A stretch of DNA of 64,000 nt from Chiloscyllium plagiosum (taxonomy: Eukaryota): assembly GCF_004010195.1 (NCBI RefSeq), contig NC_057751.1:14277483-14341482 (forward strand). The letters are read 5' to 3'. The position numbers and the translations under genes are program-made. This document shows positions 11,655-25,168 of the stretch, in pieces. Each line of letters starts with the position of its first letter. Position 1 is the first letter of the stretch. The notes under the pieces were generated by a model. That model was not told where the DNA came from and made no database searches. It was given only the letters and a program-made list of their open reading frames with translations.

Positions 11655-12425
11655 TTTGCAGTTTGCAGGTGTTTCATCCTCTATCTTGGTGACATCTTCA
11701 CTGCTTTGGAACCTCCTGTGAAGCACTGCTGTACTGTGTCATCTGGAATTTTTTTGGTTCCATTTCTGCTGCTTCCGGTTATCCATTGTTGTGTCCGGTA
11801 TATTGAGTCTAGGTCAATATGCTTATTGATGAAGTCTGTGGCTGAGTGCCATGCCTCTAGAAATTCCCTGGCTTTCCTACATTTAGCTTGTCCTATGATT
11901 GCTGTGTTGTCCCAGTCGAACCTGTGATCCTTGTTCTCTACGTGTATGGCTAACAGGGACAGCTGGTCTCGGCATTTTGTGGCTAGTTGGTGTTCATGGA
12001 TGCGGATTGCTAGTTGTCTGCTCGTTCGTCCTACATAGTGTTTCATGCAGTCTTTGCGTGGAATCTTGTAAATTACTTTAGTCTTGCACATGATGGGTAT
12101 AGGGTCTTTTGGCCTGTTGAGTCGTTGTCTGAACGTGGTTGTCGGTTTATGGGTTATCATGATTTTGAGTGATTGGAGAAGTCCAGCTGTCAATTCAGAG
12201 ACCTTTTTTAATGTAAGGTAGTGTGGCTAGTGTGTTAGGTCGGGACATGTCGTCATCACGTTGTTTGTCTGTTAGGCATGTGTGGATGAAGTTGCGGGGA
12301 TATCTGTTCTTGGCGAATACGCTGTCGGGGTATTCTTCTTTGTCCCTTAGTAGGTCGGAGGGGCGTGCTGCAGTTTGTTGTAGCCCTTTTGAACAGGGTC
12401 ACAAGTGCGTTGGCTTTTGTGTGTG
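11655..12425 (-). mobile_element. Penelope-like element (family D), GIY-YIG endonuclease remnant and 3' end
   Basis: TLFKRATTNCST, then HKPTTTFRQRLNRPKDPIP..VIYKIPRKDCMKHYVGRTSRQLAIRIHEHQ..HRFDWDN..AREFLEAWHS (GIY-YIG-like VIY..YVG). Frameshifted, with a degenerate hammerhead at ~11668-11701. Confidence 0.88.
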
Positions 12426-13044
12426 TGTTCGGATGGTTGGAGAACCCCTTTGGCCAATTTCTTAACGAGGATATTGAGGAAAAGGAGTTCATTTAACAGT
12501 GCCATTTCGAGCATGAATTCAAGTACAGAGTACACAGAAGGAAATAAACAAAGTGCTGTGTTCTTTCACATCAACTTTCAAATGGCTTTCTTGTGCATCC
12601 CCTCTGGTTAGGAGGAGGAAAAAGTGAAACCTTCACAGAAAATGTTTTGTTCTTAAAAGTGCCCAAAATGGAAAAGTTAGGAGCATGACTGTAAAAAGAG
12701 AGAACAGGCAAAAGTGAGAAAATCCTTTCATTTTAAATCTCTACATTTGTTCATTTTTTTTTTTGTCCAGTCTGATCTTCTTATGATTTGTGGAGTGTAA
12801 GTTGAGGCACAGTTTTGCAAAACGACATCTTGGTTTTCGTGTTGGTAATTTTCTGACTATGTGTGGGCTTCGGTGTGTAACAGACTTAGATTGCTTTAAT
12901 GATTAAAGGACGAAAATTCGATACATTCAAGAGGGAGAATGTTTCAATGTGTGTGGACGTTGAATGCAAAATTCTCCAGCAATTCCCCCATCCCAGAGAA
13001 AATACTTGTCTCCTTTCTCTCTTTGTTTTTCCATTTCCCTCCGA

Positions 13045-13530
13045 CCATCAGGCTACCAAGAGATTCAAGAAGAGCTGTTTCCCAACTGTTGTTCAGCTTC
13101 TGAAAGGACCTGTCAAATTGTACATGTAATGTTGATCTCGCTCCTTGTGCACCTTCTCTGCAGCCGTAATACTGTATTCTTCACTCTGTTCTATTACCTA
13201 GCACACCTTTGTATTGAATTGAATTTAATTTATTGTCATGTGTACTGAGGCACAGTGAAAAGCTTTGTCTTGCGAGTAATACAGGCAGGGCACAGGTAAG
13301 TAAATAATAGGTAAACAGCAGCAAAAACAAAAACGCAGGTACAGGCGAATGTTAAGAGTTTGAGAGTCCATTCAGTATTCTAACAACAGCAGGGTAGAAA
13401 CTGTTCCGAAACTGCCTGGTGTGTGTATTCAGGCTTCTGTACCTTCTCCCCCGATGGTAGAGGTTGTAGAAAAACATTGCCAGGGTGGGATGGATCTTTG
13501 AGAAGGCTGGAGGCATTTCCTTGACAGCGG
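13045..13530. mobile_element. Two Rex1/Babar- or L2-type LINE 3' ends in opposite orientation
   Basis: Minus 13230-13530: KDPSHPGNVFLQPLPSG/RRYRSLNTHTRQFRNSFYPAVVRILN. Plus 13045-13200: TKRFKKSCFPTVVQLL. Confidence 0.7.
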
Positions 13531-13740
13531 GCCGGGTAGATGGATTCTGCATGCAAAAGCAAATGTTTCATTGTACCCCAGTGCATGTGACAATAAGAAC
13601 TCAAATCCAAACCAAAAACCATGTGTTTTCCAGGACTGTGCCAGGCTTTGGCATGCTGTGCTTCACAGAAACTCAGCATGAGTCTCCATGTGCTCTTGTA
13701 ACTTGGACTGTGGGGAACAATAGCTGGATGAACTACTTGT

Positions 13741-14070
13741 GGGCGGCACATGTGGCACAGTGGTTAGCACTGCTGCCTCACAGTACCAGGTACTCGTGTT
13801 CAGTTCCCGCCTTGGGCAACTGTCTGTGTGGAGTTTGCGCATTCTCTCCGTGTCTGTGTGGGTTTCCTCCGGGTGCTCTGGATTCCTCCCACAATCCAAA
13901 GATGTGCAGGTTAGGTGAATTGGCCATGCTAAATTGCCCGTAGTGTTAGGTGGATTAGTCTGGGGTAAATGTAGGGGAATGGGTCTGGGTGAATAGCTCT
14001 TTGGAGGGTCGGTGTGGACTTGTTGGGCCGAAGGGCCTGTTTCCACACTGTAGCGAATCTAATCTAATCT
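13741..14070 (+). mobile_element. HE1-type V-SINE
   Basis: tRNA-derived head gggcggcaca.gtggcacagtggttagcactgctgcctcacag, V-domain tgtgtggagtttg..gggtttcctccgggtgctc, LINE-like tail gggccgaagggcctgtttcc..(tctaa)n. Confidence 0.9.
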
Positions 14071-15773
14071 TGATCATAGCCTGGTGAAGCTGTGCCAAAC
14101 GTGGCATATCTCCCTGTGTCAGATAAAGATGCGTACAAGCAAGCACTTCACTTTTCAAGTGCATCTTCTAATTCTTTCTCAGTTGCTCAGTGAAAGGCTG
14201 TGGGCAGCATAATAGGCTGGGATTAAATTGTGGAACATGTCACAATCCTAGGTACAATGGGTTCTGCAGAATCCAAGAGCATAATGTTGCAGTGAGAAAT
14301 TTTTTTTTAAAAAAAAAAGAGATTTCGAGAAGAAACACTTGGAAGAAAGCAATGTTTGTTTGACAGTGCCCAAAATGTAAAAGTTAGAAATATGACTCAT
14401 GCTGCTGTGCCACAGGATGCTCTCAAAAGAGCTGCGAGAGGCCTGAAGCCTAATGCTTTAAATGGCCTTTCTTGTCCTTGGCGCTTCTCGGCCAAGCGTG
14501 TTACGCGGAGAGTTCGTGGACACTTAGCAATTACATTGAGCATTTGCCCTCGGTAGCAATGAAATCAGATCACTGTCTGTACGTGTGAATTGCAGCAAAC
14601 ATTTGACAAAACACGAATGCAGCAGGATCAACAAATAAATGGTGATCTCCTGAATAACGTTGTTTCCTATCACCGTTGGCAGCATGGTTTTAAAATGTTC
14701 TTACTGTGTTTCACCTTGCAAAATGAATTGGAGTGTTTTTTGCAAAGCCAAATATGTTTGAAGAGGCATGTTTATTCAGGCCTTTCAGTGTTCCTCCAAA
14801 TACATGTGTAATGAGTGCTCTCCCTCAAGGCTTATTCGGTAGAATAGAATGAACACACTGGAGAAAGTTGTAAGCCAGCATCAGGATCATCAATACAAGA
14901 GCAAAGCCAAACCTGATCTCTTTGCTTATCTTAAAGTGAGTCCCTTGCACTTGTTCAAAACTCCCTCGCTATTGACACTGCCAGTGTATATGGACTCAAT
15001 CTTAGTATCCTTGTCCTTTTCCTTCTGACTGAGATGGCTGGCAGGGAAATTCAGAACAAGACACAATGGATGCTGGGAATCTGACTTAGGAATATAAAAT
15101 GGTGAGCAGGTCAGCTGGTGTCTTTGGAAAGAGAGACACTTGACATCTTTTAGGTTGGTGACCTTTCATCACAACACCTCTCTGTTATTTCAGAAATAGG
15201 CTTTGAGATGCAGTAAATCTGAAGGTCTTGGCTTGATCCAGTTGTGCATGTGTTTGTGTGTGTACATATACACAGAAGGATAGCCAGAATAGCAACGCAC
15301 CAAATTCTTCTACAAATATTTGAGCTGAATTGTCAGTTGCACTAGGTGGCAGTGTTTCCCTCAATTTGATAAAGTCTCTGGCAAAAAATAGTGCTTCCAT
15401 TTTGCCCGGCTTCGCAATGTTGCAGACAACCTCTTGTACCTCTTCAACTCTGCTGACTGCAGACAGTCTGGAAGCAAATTTGTATGGAGTATGAATTGTA
15501 TTTTCCAGATAATATTTAATGGTGTTTGACTGAATTGTATTTTACTGTCAGAAGATGGGTAATTCATACTCTGAGAATTTGATCATTTCATTCAACCAAC
15601 AGCAAGACAGAAGGTTGGTAACCTGAGGGAGGCTGGGAAGTGCTCACCTGTCTCACTAAAGGTGTGGTGGGGAAGTATTTGGCCTGAGAGGAACAGCTAA
15701 CAGGATGCGTCCTCAGCTTGAAATTTGCTGGAGACAAAAATGTTTAAACCCAATGCTGTCTCTTTTCCCCCAG

Positions 15774-16065
15774 AGAGTGGTGATTCATCGGAAAAAACGT
15801 GGACGAAAACGCAAGCAGCACAACAGCAGTGTAGTGACAGAGACCATCTCGGAAACAACTGAGGTGCTGGATGAACCGTTCGATGATTCGGACACCGAGC
15901 GACCCATGCCACACCTCGAACCAACTTTGGAATTAGAGGAGGCTGAGAGAACTGAGAAGGAGCATCGAAGTGGGCGCATGTTCAGAAGTCTGACAGCTGG
16001 CGGTGCTGTCCGAAAATGCTCTTCCTCCCAGAGAGAGGCTCCAGATGAAAATGGTGCTGTTCAAG
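15774..16065 (+). CDS. KAT6A: KAT6A penultimate coding exon
   Basis: Acceptor tcttttccccag|AGA, donor CAAG|gtattt, phase 0/1. Encodes [41 protein letters not shown], a diagnostic KAT6A/B block. Confidence 0.93.
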
Positions 16066-16138
16066 GTATTTGATGATTTAACTCAATAATTTCAGTGTCA
16101 TTTGGTTGGCAGAAATTACGGGAAAAAACCCCATGAAA

Positions 16139-16370
16139 CATAAGACCATAAGACATAGGAGTGGAAGTAAGGCCATTCGGCCCATCGAGTCCACTCCGCT
16201 ATTCAATCATGGCTGATGGGCGTTTCAACTCCACTGACCCGCATTCTCCCCGTAGCCCTTAATTCCTTGTGACATCAAGGATTTATCAATCTCTGCCTTG
16301 AAGACATTTAGCGTCCCAGCCTCCACTGCACTCTGCGGCAATGAATTCCACAGGCCCACCACTCTCTGGC
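16139..16370 (-). mobile_element. CR1 LINE 3' end, same young subfamily as 1-587
   Basis: The reverse complement closely matches ~350-587, including the (tcttatgg) tail. Confidence 0.9.
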
Positions 16371-17320
16371 AGTTCAGAGACAGTGCCAAAAACAGTTGAG
16401 AAACAGTTCAGATAAAAGAACTTGCTTGAGGAAGAGTTCATTTCAGTGACTCGAGTAGCAACGTAGCATTGGTGGGTTGGAAAAGCAGTTGAAGAATGAT
16501 GTAGTAACAGATGAATGGAAAGCTGTCAAGCAAGAGTTAGCTCGATACAGGCTGGAATAACTGTCTGAAAGGGAACAGGCATAGTCTCCAAAGTCTAAGA
16601 GGCTGTCATGACAAATGAAATGAAATTTAACATTTAATAGTGATAGGAGATGTCTGACAACTAACTGAAACAAGATTCAGATAAATAATTTGGTTATCAG
16701 AAACATAAAAGGTATGAAAACTGAGCCAAAGTAAGCTGTTTGGTCCCTTTAACGTGCTTCAGCATTCAGTAGGGTCGGGGCTGATATTTTTGAGATTACA
16801 CATTCCCAGTTACCCCTGATAAAATTTGATTCCCTTGCCTGACAAGAATCCATTCAACTTAATCTTCAAGATATTCAGTGGCTTTGTGTCGTCCTCCACC
16901 TTCTGAGGTAGAGAGTGCCAAAACTGCAAACTCTTCAGAAAAAATGAATACATACATCTGATCTAAAAGGCTGGCCCCTAATTTTAAAATAGAGCCCTTT
17001 GAGTTCTGGACTCAGCAAGAGGAAACCTCTTTCCCATGTCCACCATGTCAAGATATTTCACACTTCAATCAGGTCATCTTTCACTCTTGTAAACACCAAA
17101 GGAAACAAACTCAGCCTATAAGCTGATCCACTCATTTCATCTATCAATCTCTTAAACCTCCGAACCACCTCCAATGCATAAACTCCCTCCTTAAAAAAAA
17201 ACAAAGTGCATCATATTTGAGATACAATTTCACCAATTGTCTGTATTGCTGAAGCATTACAACCTTTTATGTTCAATTGCTCTCGTATGTTCGTAGAAGC
17301 CAAGAGGATGGATTTGTAAA

Positions 17321-17631
17321 AGCAAGGTGGCTCAGTGGTTAGCATTGCTGCCTCACAGTACCAGCATCCCGGGTTCAATTCCAGCCTTGGGTGACTGTCT
17401 GTGTGGAGTTGGCGCATTCTCCCCGTGTCTGCGTGGGTTTGCTCCGGGTGCTCCGGTTTCCTCCCATAGTCCAAAGATGTGCAGGGCCAAGTGAATTGGC
17501 CGTGCTAAATTGCTCATCGTGTTAGGTGCATTGGTCAGAGGGAAGTGAGTCTGGGTGGGTTACTCTTCGGAGGGTCGGTGTGGACTTGTTGGGCCGAAGG
17601 GCCTGCTTCCACACGAGGGAATCTCATCTAA
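17321..17631 (+). mobile_element. HE1-type V-SINE
   Basis: A box ggtggctcagtggtt, B box gggttcaattcc, V-domain and gggccgaagggcctg tail. Confidence 0.9.
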
Positions 17632-18068
17632 TATCAGGAAAGAAAGATTAGCAAGCTGCACTAAATTAAACATGAAGCATCCGATCAATTCCACAAAGAG
17701 TCAGCAGTTAGCTCAGGAATAAGTCATACATGGTGAGGATCCAATGGAAGGTCTTTTGTGTAGATGCAGAGGACATGGGCAAAGCTTGTAATGTGTCATT
17801 TTCAGCAGTGTTCAAAAAGAAAGCAGATGATTTGAAGGTGGAACTGAAGAGGAGAGCCATGTTACATTTAGGGTAACAACAGATAAAGGCGATATCTTAA
17901 AAAGATTAGCAACACTAAAAGTCTGTTAAGTACATGCAGTACATCAGGAGATTTTGAAAGAAGCTCAGGTGAGAATAAAGATGTTGGTTATAATCATTCA
18001 GTTGTCATTGGATAAAGGAGTGTTGCCAGAGGACCGAATACTCGAGAAACAGAAGTGGGGTTGGGGGG

Positions 18069-18568
18069 NNNNNNNNNNNNNNNNNNNNNNNNNNNNNNNN
18101 NNNNNNNNNNNNNNNNNNNNNNNNNNNNNNNNNNNNNNNNNNNNNNNNNNNNNNNNNNNNNNNNNNNNNNNNNNNNNNNNNNNNNNNNNNNNNNNNNNNN
18201 NNNNNNNNNNNNNNNNNNNNNNNNNNNNNNNNNNNNNNNNNNNNNNNNNNNNNNNNNNNNNNNNNNNNNNNNNNNNNNNNNNNNNNNNNNNNNNNNNNNN
18301 NNNNNNNNNNNNNNNNNNNNNNNNNNNNNNNNNNNNNNNNNNNNNNNNNNNNNNNNNNNNNNNNNNNNNNNNNNNNNNNNNNNNNNNNNNNNNNNNNNNN
18401 NNNNNNNNNNNNNNNNNNNNNNNNNNNNNNNNNNNNNNNNNNNNNNNNNNNNNNNNNNNNNNNNNNNNNNNNNNNNNNNNNNNNNNNNNNNNNNNNNNNN
18501 NNNNNNNNNNNNNNNNNNNNNNNNNNNNNNNNNNNNNNNNNNNNNNNNNNNNNNNNNNNNNNNNNNNN
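18069..18568. other. Assembly gap (500 N)
   Basis: Run of N flanked by CR1-like fragments. Confidence 0.98.
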
Positions 18569-18740
18569 AGGTCACCTCTCAACCTCCTAGGCTCCAGTGA
18601 AAAAAGTCCCAGCCAATCCAACCTTTCTTTATAGCTCAAACTTTCCATACCTGGCAACATCTTGGTAAATCTCTTGTGAACCCTCTCTGTTTAATAACAT
18701 CTTCCAAGAACAGGAAGACCAGAACTGCACATAGTACTCT
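18569..18740 (-). mobile_element. CR1 LINE ORF2 fragment
   Basis: MLPGMESLSYKERLDWLGLFSLEPRRLRGD on the minus strand next to the gap. Confidence 0.8.
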
Positions 18741-19001
18741 TTTGAAACCTCACACTTTCTGATCCTGCTTCTTCTAAGCATCCCTTTGCAAGTCAGTGTC
18801 ATTACCTCAGTCGGGATGGCACTTCAGTGACAGTATCAAGAAATCAAGGATCAAAATCAAGAAACATAAAGTTTCATGGACCTCTTCCTTCCAATAGGTT
18901 GTGCAGCCAGATTTACAACCATTAACATAAAATCTTCAAAGTCCTTAGAGACATCATTGGGAGAAAAGTTTAAGAATTGACAGAAATGTGCCAAACATGA
19001 A

Positions 19002-19310
19002 GGGCGCCACGGTGACTCAGTGGTTAGCACTGCTGCCTCACTGTGCCAGGGTCTCAGGTTCAGTTCCCGCCTTGGGCAGCTGTCTGTGTGGAGTTTGCGC
19101 ATTCTCTCCGTGTCTGCGTGAGTTTCCTCCCACAATCCAAAGCTGTGTAGGTCAGGTGAATTGGCCATGCTAATTGCCCATCATGTTCACGGATGTTGAG
19201 GGGTATTAGTCAGGGGTAAATGTAGAGGAATGGGTCTGGGTGAGTTACTGTTTGGCGGGTCCGTGTGCACTTGTTGCGCCAATAGCCTGTTTCCACTGCG
19301 TAGGGATTCA
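19002..19310 (+). mobile_element. HE1-type V-SINE
   Basis: gggcgccacggtgactcagtggttagcactgctgcctcac head, V-domain with a small deletion, and tail. Confidence 0.88.
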
Positions 19311-19604
19311 GTGATGATGCCTCCTATGTCCTATCCATACTATTTACCACATGACCATTCTGCATTTCCATTGCACACAGTATGATATTGCCTGTGTTGT
19401 GACACTTGACTGGGGAATGATCTCAGAGCCTCTAAACTGCCCTTGAGATAACTGATACAGAGCTCTCTGCCATATCCTGTCAATGCACATGAGAGACCTT
19501 GAAATGGAAAAAACATTAACCTTCAATATCAGCAAGTTATTTTAATTAACATGGACGTTCTGGCTGTGCCAAATCTTGTCCTCGAGAGTTAGTTGCATGC
19601 CTGG

Positions 19605-20291
19605 TGTTACAACACGGGGTAAATCCCCCTGCTTAATTTAAACCAGCAACACAGAAACGTTTTATCCCGTGCAGTAATTTGAAAAATGTGAGAGACCATG
19701 AACTTTTAAAGTAAAAATTAACGACTTTATTTCTTAAAGTATAACAGGGAATAATAAACTACCAAATATTTACAACTCCTTTCTCTAACCTATCTTTTAC
19801 TTTCCCCTCTGCAATAATCTGATAAAACCTCCGAATAAGATTTACCAAAATTCAAATTTTCAAAACCAGCCAGATGTCAAATCTTCTCTTTATATCTTCC
19901 TCTGTCATCGTCTTAGGGATTTCTGTTTCACAGGTTACTGATTGATAAAGGTTCCTTTTAAGAGAGCTATTCTCTGGGCATCTGCAGATTCTGGTGGCTT
20001 GACAGTTCTCCTCCCAACTATTAAATTTTCCCCGGTCTTATACCCCCAAAGCATCGGATTGTTTCATTGGCTTTTAAGGTTGTCAGTAGACTAAATTAAA
20101 ACTTGATTGGCGTTTGGTATTTTTTGGGGTGTAATTTAAACTGATTGGCCTAATTCTAATCTGTTTTGTCATCTCCAGGAATTCAACCAAATGTTACATT
20201 CTATCTTGTTCAGAGCACTTGGTACTGTGTCAGGTAGTTCTGCTAGCATTTAACTCTCTTAAAGGTACAGTACACCCACACCTTCATTACA
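19605..20291 (-). mobile_element. Solo LTR (family shared with 38198-38952)
   Basis: TGTTAC...ATTACA termini flanked by CTGG/CTAG (4-bp TSD, one mismatch). Colinear similarity with 38198-38952. Minus-strand TATA-like and AATAAA motifs suggest the orientation. Confidence 0.7.
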
Positions 20292-21779
20292 CTAGCCAGC
20301 AAGATAACAGTATTAAATGGCATTGGAAGAGTGTACGTGTTGCACCATGCTTTTGTCAGATATTTAGAATAACTATCCAATTACCCAGGCAGTTTCCCTA
20401 AAGCCCAACATATTTCTTTCCTTTCATACAATTGTAACAACAGGAAAAGGGTCTGGAAGCAGCCATTCAACACACAACCTGCTCTACCATTCAATCAGAT
20501 CGTGGCTGATCTGATTGACTCCCCAGTCCGGGGAAAAGAATTCCAAAGGTTAACCTCCCTCTGAGTGTGCCTCGAGGGTCAGTTGCAATCCCAGCAGTAC
20601 TACGTGGCTCCCACACCACCTTGTTAGTGCTCAAAAGCAAGAAGGTATGAATCCAAGTCAACAAAGGTGTTTGGTCCCAGTCAAAGTTGCTCACGGGCAC
20701 AAAGAAAGTTGTGACGCTTGGGTCATCAGCATTTACTGCCAGTGTCACAGCAGAAGCACATTGATGAGAAGTCCTCACTCTGAGCGAATGAATGAATGAA
20801 GATAAATAGGGCCTTTGTTTGTTTACCTGCCTCCCTGCTCCTGCCACACACCGCTGCTCCAACCTTTCTTTGGCATTCCAGCATTAAAAGAACATTGTGC
20901 ACGCCATTGTGTTAGAAATAGCAGACTTTGGCTCAGGTTCATCTAATTGAATCATGACTGGATAAAGAGTCTGTCTTAGATCATTGTAACCAAGACAAGG
21001 TCATGTAGGGCAGTCCGATCATGTTCCACCAAGCTAATATTAGAATTCCGTGGAATGCATTGGTTGTAAAATGATTCATTGCAATCAGTCACCGGAGATG
21101 GTAGTTTAATGTAAGTACTCTGAGGCACTGTCTCAAGATGCTGAGGTTATAAATACGGCTTTGCTTCAATACATGATCCTCACACTCTTAAGTTGTGAGG
21201 AAGATTTCTGTAAAAATGTGAGAGCAGTTAATGGTACAAGAACAGCAACTGAGCTTGGACTTCAAACTGTCTCTCAGACTAAAGACAGGTTGTGAAATTG
21301 AATTCAGTAAATCCAGTCATTATGTGGTTGCATTAGATAAAAATTAGTCCAACACCGAGGTTATTGTCAAAACTCTGTGTTTCACTCATATCTTTTAGGA
21401 GAAGGAGCCTGATGCTCCACCTAACCTGGCTTCCATTTCATGCCACTGTCGTTGAAATGGTTGACACTTGGTCTCTTTGAAGTAGTCAGACAAAGCAATC
21501 AGTTGTTGAATTGTTAGGTGTTGCCAAACTACTGAAAAAGAAAGTCCTGTTTATTTTTTGAGGTGGAATACTTGAGTTGAAATATCAGAGAAATTCGTCA
21601 GTGTTTGGTGTCATGATAATTGCTGTACCAATGATGCCAATTGAAGTGATTAAGTGATTCTTCCTTGTTAGCACCCACAAAGTGACCCTTACTATATGCA
21701 GATCTCAACAGCCGAAATGTGCTCTTAAATTCACTTTCGGTTTTCAAACTGGGACATGGTTTTCACCTTGACCTCTGAC

Positions 21780-22100
21780 AGAGTGGGAGGCACTCCTGCT
21801 ACTGAGTGCAGTCCCCCTTCCTGACAAACTCAGAAAGTCTAGGCTGATACGTGATTGCAGTTCTGAGAGATGCTACCAATGTACTATCCTTTGGAAGAGA
21901 TGTTAAAACTGAGAAGCCCTTCACTTGGATGTAAAAGATCCCTTGGCAGTACCTCAGAGAAGAGCGGGTGAGTTATCCATGGTGTCAAAAACAAATTCGA
22001 TTTCCCCCCCCACAATAATTCCAAGATAAATGCTGTTTCCTACATTACAACCCATGGCTACTCTTTAAATATACTTGAGTTGCTCGAAAGCTTTTTGAGA
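21780..22100 (+). mobile_element. Deu-domain SINE, degenerate
   Basis: gatgttaaaactgag..ggatgtaaaagatcccttggca..gaagagc..gtttcctacattacaac, a typical Deu-SINE body and tail. Confidence 0.65.
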
Positions 22101-22805
22101 CATAAGACATAGGAGCAGAAGTTAGGCCAATCGATCCAGTGAGACTGCTCCACCATTCATTCATGGCTGATCAGTATCTCAACCCCATTCTCCCACTTTC
22201 TCCCCGTAACCCTTGATCCCCTTGATACTCAACAGCCTGTCTATCTCTGTCTTAACTGTACTCCATGATTTGGCCTCCCCAACTTTCTGTAGCACTAAGT
22301 TCCATAGATTCATCACTCTCTGGCTGAAGGAGTTTCTCCTTATATCCGTTCGAAAAGATCTTCCCTTCACTCTAAGACTTTGCCCTTAAATCCTAGTCTC
22401 ACCGACCAATGGGAGCATCTTCCCAACATCTCCTCTGTCCAAGTCATTCAGTATTCTCTAATTAGAACCCCCCTCATTCTTCTAAACTACATCGCGTATA
22501 GACCCAGAGTCCTCAAACGTTCCTCACCTGTTCAGCTTCCATTCCTGGCACCAATCTCATGTACCTCCTCTGAACACACTCCACACCATTGCATCTTTCT
22601 TGAGATATGGGGTCCAAAATTGTGCGCAGTACTCCAAATGTGACCTGAACAGAGCCTTCTAGAGCCTCAGAAGTATATCCCTGCATTAATATTCAAGTCC
22701 TTGCAAAGGAAATGCTAACATTGCATTTGCCTTCCTAACTACTGACTCAACCTCTAAGTTTACCTTGAGGGAATCCTGGACAAGAACTCCCAAGTCTCTT
22801 GGCGC
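22100..22805 (-). mobile_element. CR1 LINE 3' portion
   Basis: FRTDIRRNSFSQRVMNLWN..KTEIDRLL..GIKGYGEK on the minus strand; cataagacatagg tail. Confidence 0.85.
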
Positions 22806-23499
22806 TTCAGTCCATGTTACTATTCTTCTTAAATGTCATAATCATACAAAATGCCAGTCTTTTTACTTTTCCATCAGGGTTGAATAATGTACTTAATTTC
22901 AGCCATTTTTGCACATATAATGCTGTGCTTTGGAGAAAGGAAAGAACAATCTGACACATTTCTCTGTATAAGCCTTGGTACAAGAAGTACATTACTGAAG
23001 CACCAAGATCTCTTAGTCTCTGTTGAGAATCAGAAACTAACCATAACACACAATTTCTCCTTTAGGCAGAACATGACAGCTTTCAGAGTCTTTTTGTCTG
23101 TGAGCTGAAATAAGTTGGTGTACCCCACTGCCCCATTCTTAAATCGTTTTTGGCCATCTCTTCCAATGACAGTACTAGAAGTTTGGGTGCTAAGTTGGTT
23201 ATGGATGGAAGAGGTTCCCAGGGCAGTGTACTGTTTTTGACTGACCTGGCAGTTGATGCGTTGTAAGTGTGTGTCACTGGTGCGTAAAAATCAAGACATG
23301 AAGTGTGTTAAAGACAGCACAAGGCTTGTATCCCTCTGGCCATTGTCTGCTTTTCAATGTAAGATAAATGGAATGTTATTGGCCATTAAAACGCAATGTA
23401 TTCTTGACTACCTTTGCCAGCTAAAATGAGGCATGGCGCGTAAATTTGATTTTGGAATAGGAGACAAGTTGGGGGAATTATCAGAGGTGTTTTCTTAGT

Positions 23500-24090
23500 T
23501 TGTCAGCTCTGAGTTGCAGTGGAATCCGGGTGTCCTCATCCCTTGGATACAGTAAGTGGGTATGCAGATACAGCTCACAGTTGGGAAAGCTCCAAGTTTA
23601 GATGTTATTGTTGGTCACAAAGGGCATTGAAGGTTATCTGAGTACTGTATGCAGAATTTGTCACCTTATTGCAGGAAAGAATGTACATGTGTACGCAGCG
23701 ATTCAGGGAAGGTTTACCAGACTGGGAATGGAATGTGTTTTTGAGTGTTTGTCACTTGAGGAAAGGTTGGACAAGCCACGCTTGTATCCTGTCGAGCTTA
23801 GATGAGTAAGAGGTGGCTTGACAGTGTAGACGTCTTTGATGGCAGAATCAAGATCTTGGGGTCACTGTTTAAAATCAAGATGAGGCAAATTTATTTCTCT
23901 GTGAGTTTAGTTACTTTGGAATTAGCTTCATGAGAAGGTGATGGAAGCATAGTCTGTGAATTTGTTAAATGGAGAGGTGGATACCTTCTGGTTGGCTAAA
24001 GGATGAAAGATTTTCGGGATCGGTGGGAATGTTAGTGAATGGCCGGGAAGGCTTGTGGGGCTGGATGGTCTCCTGCTTGTTCATGTATTT
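23500..24090 (+). mobile_element. Old CR1 LINE 3' portion just upstream of the terminal exon
   Basis: Degenerate AIQGRFTRL..LSLEERLDK..LYPVELR motif and 3'UTR-like gaatggc..ggctggatggtctcctgcttgttc. Confidence 0.6.
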
Positions 24091-24300
24091 GTGCACAAGG
24101 GGAGTGGTTGACACTGAATACTGAGAGAGGATCTGGGGAAGGGTCTGCTCACACAGGAAGCGCGCCGACACCGTGTTGCACTCAGTTTTGCGGGATTTTA
24201 CTTCTCTCCTTCCATCATATTGTTCAAATGCTTGCCTACTCCCCCTCTTTCCCCCCCCTGCCAAACACTGAACCTGACAAGTGCTTTCTTTATCTTTCAG

Positions 24301-25131
24301 GGCAAAGTGTGCTTAAACCTTCAGTCTCTGTGAGGAAAGATAAGGCCAAAGAGCCTGCCTTACCCAAATCTCCACCCGTGGTTTTGAAACGCAAGAGAGG
24401 TTGGCCCAAAGGTGTGAAGCGTGGAACAATCAAATGGAGGAGAAAGCCAGGCCGCAAACCAGGATTTAAACTTGCCCGATCCAGTGCAAGTGTGGAGAGT
24501 CCAGATACTCCAGCAACCAATGCTGTTCTGAAACAAGGGCGTCCAAATCATAATGAGGAAAGGCGGAACTCTGTCGAAGTGAAAACTTTGGATGTCCCCA
24601 TAGCTTATAAGAAGGAGGAGGAGGATGAGGAGGAAGAGGAGGAAGAGGACGAGGAGCTTGAGGAAGAAGTGCCGTGTGATGTGCAGAGGACGCCTCGTGA
24701 TCCTCACAGTCCCGCACTGAAAGTTGAGGAGCAGGAAGCTGCGCATGAGCATGAGGAGAAGTCAGAACCTGCTGAACAAGAGGGGCATACGGATGAGGAG
24801 CACGAGCATGAAGAGGAGGAGGAGGAAGAAGAAGAGATCAACCAAAATGATGATCACGATGCGGATGATGAGGACGAAGGCCACCTGGACTCTGAAGACA
24901 AAAAGGTCGAGGAAAGTGTGAAGGAGAGCGTGAAAGAGGAATCTCCAACACAGGAACCTTTTTTAGAGACAAGCACACCAGATAAAAATGGCCCAGGGGA
25001 TAATCTGATGGACGCAGATTCCGAAGAAGAGCAAACAAATGACACGTCACTGGACTCTGAGCTTGTGCCACCTTCAGATGAAGACCGTGTTGATGATCAA
25101 GATAATAAAGAGACGTTAATCCCAGAGTTCA

Positions 25132-25168
<37 letters not shown>

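Noticed and set aside
17954..18660. Long ORFs across N runs (also 4296-5207)
   Set aside because: Their length is an artefact of gap translation; the flanks are TE fragments.
24039..24300. N-terminal 87 aa of the 947-aa ORF
   Set aside because: It lies upstream of the strong acceptor at 24300, overlaps a CR1 tail, and has no KAT6 similarity; this is intronic read-through.
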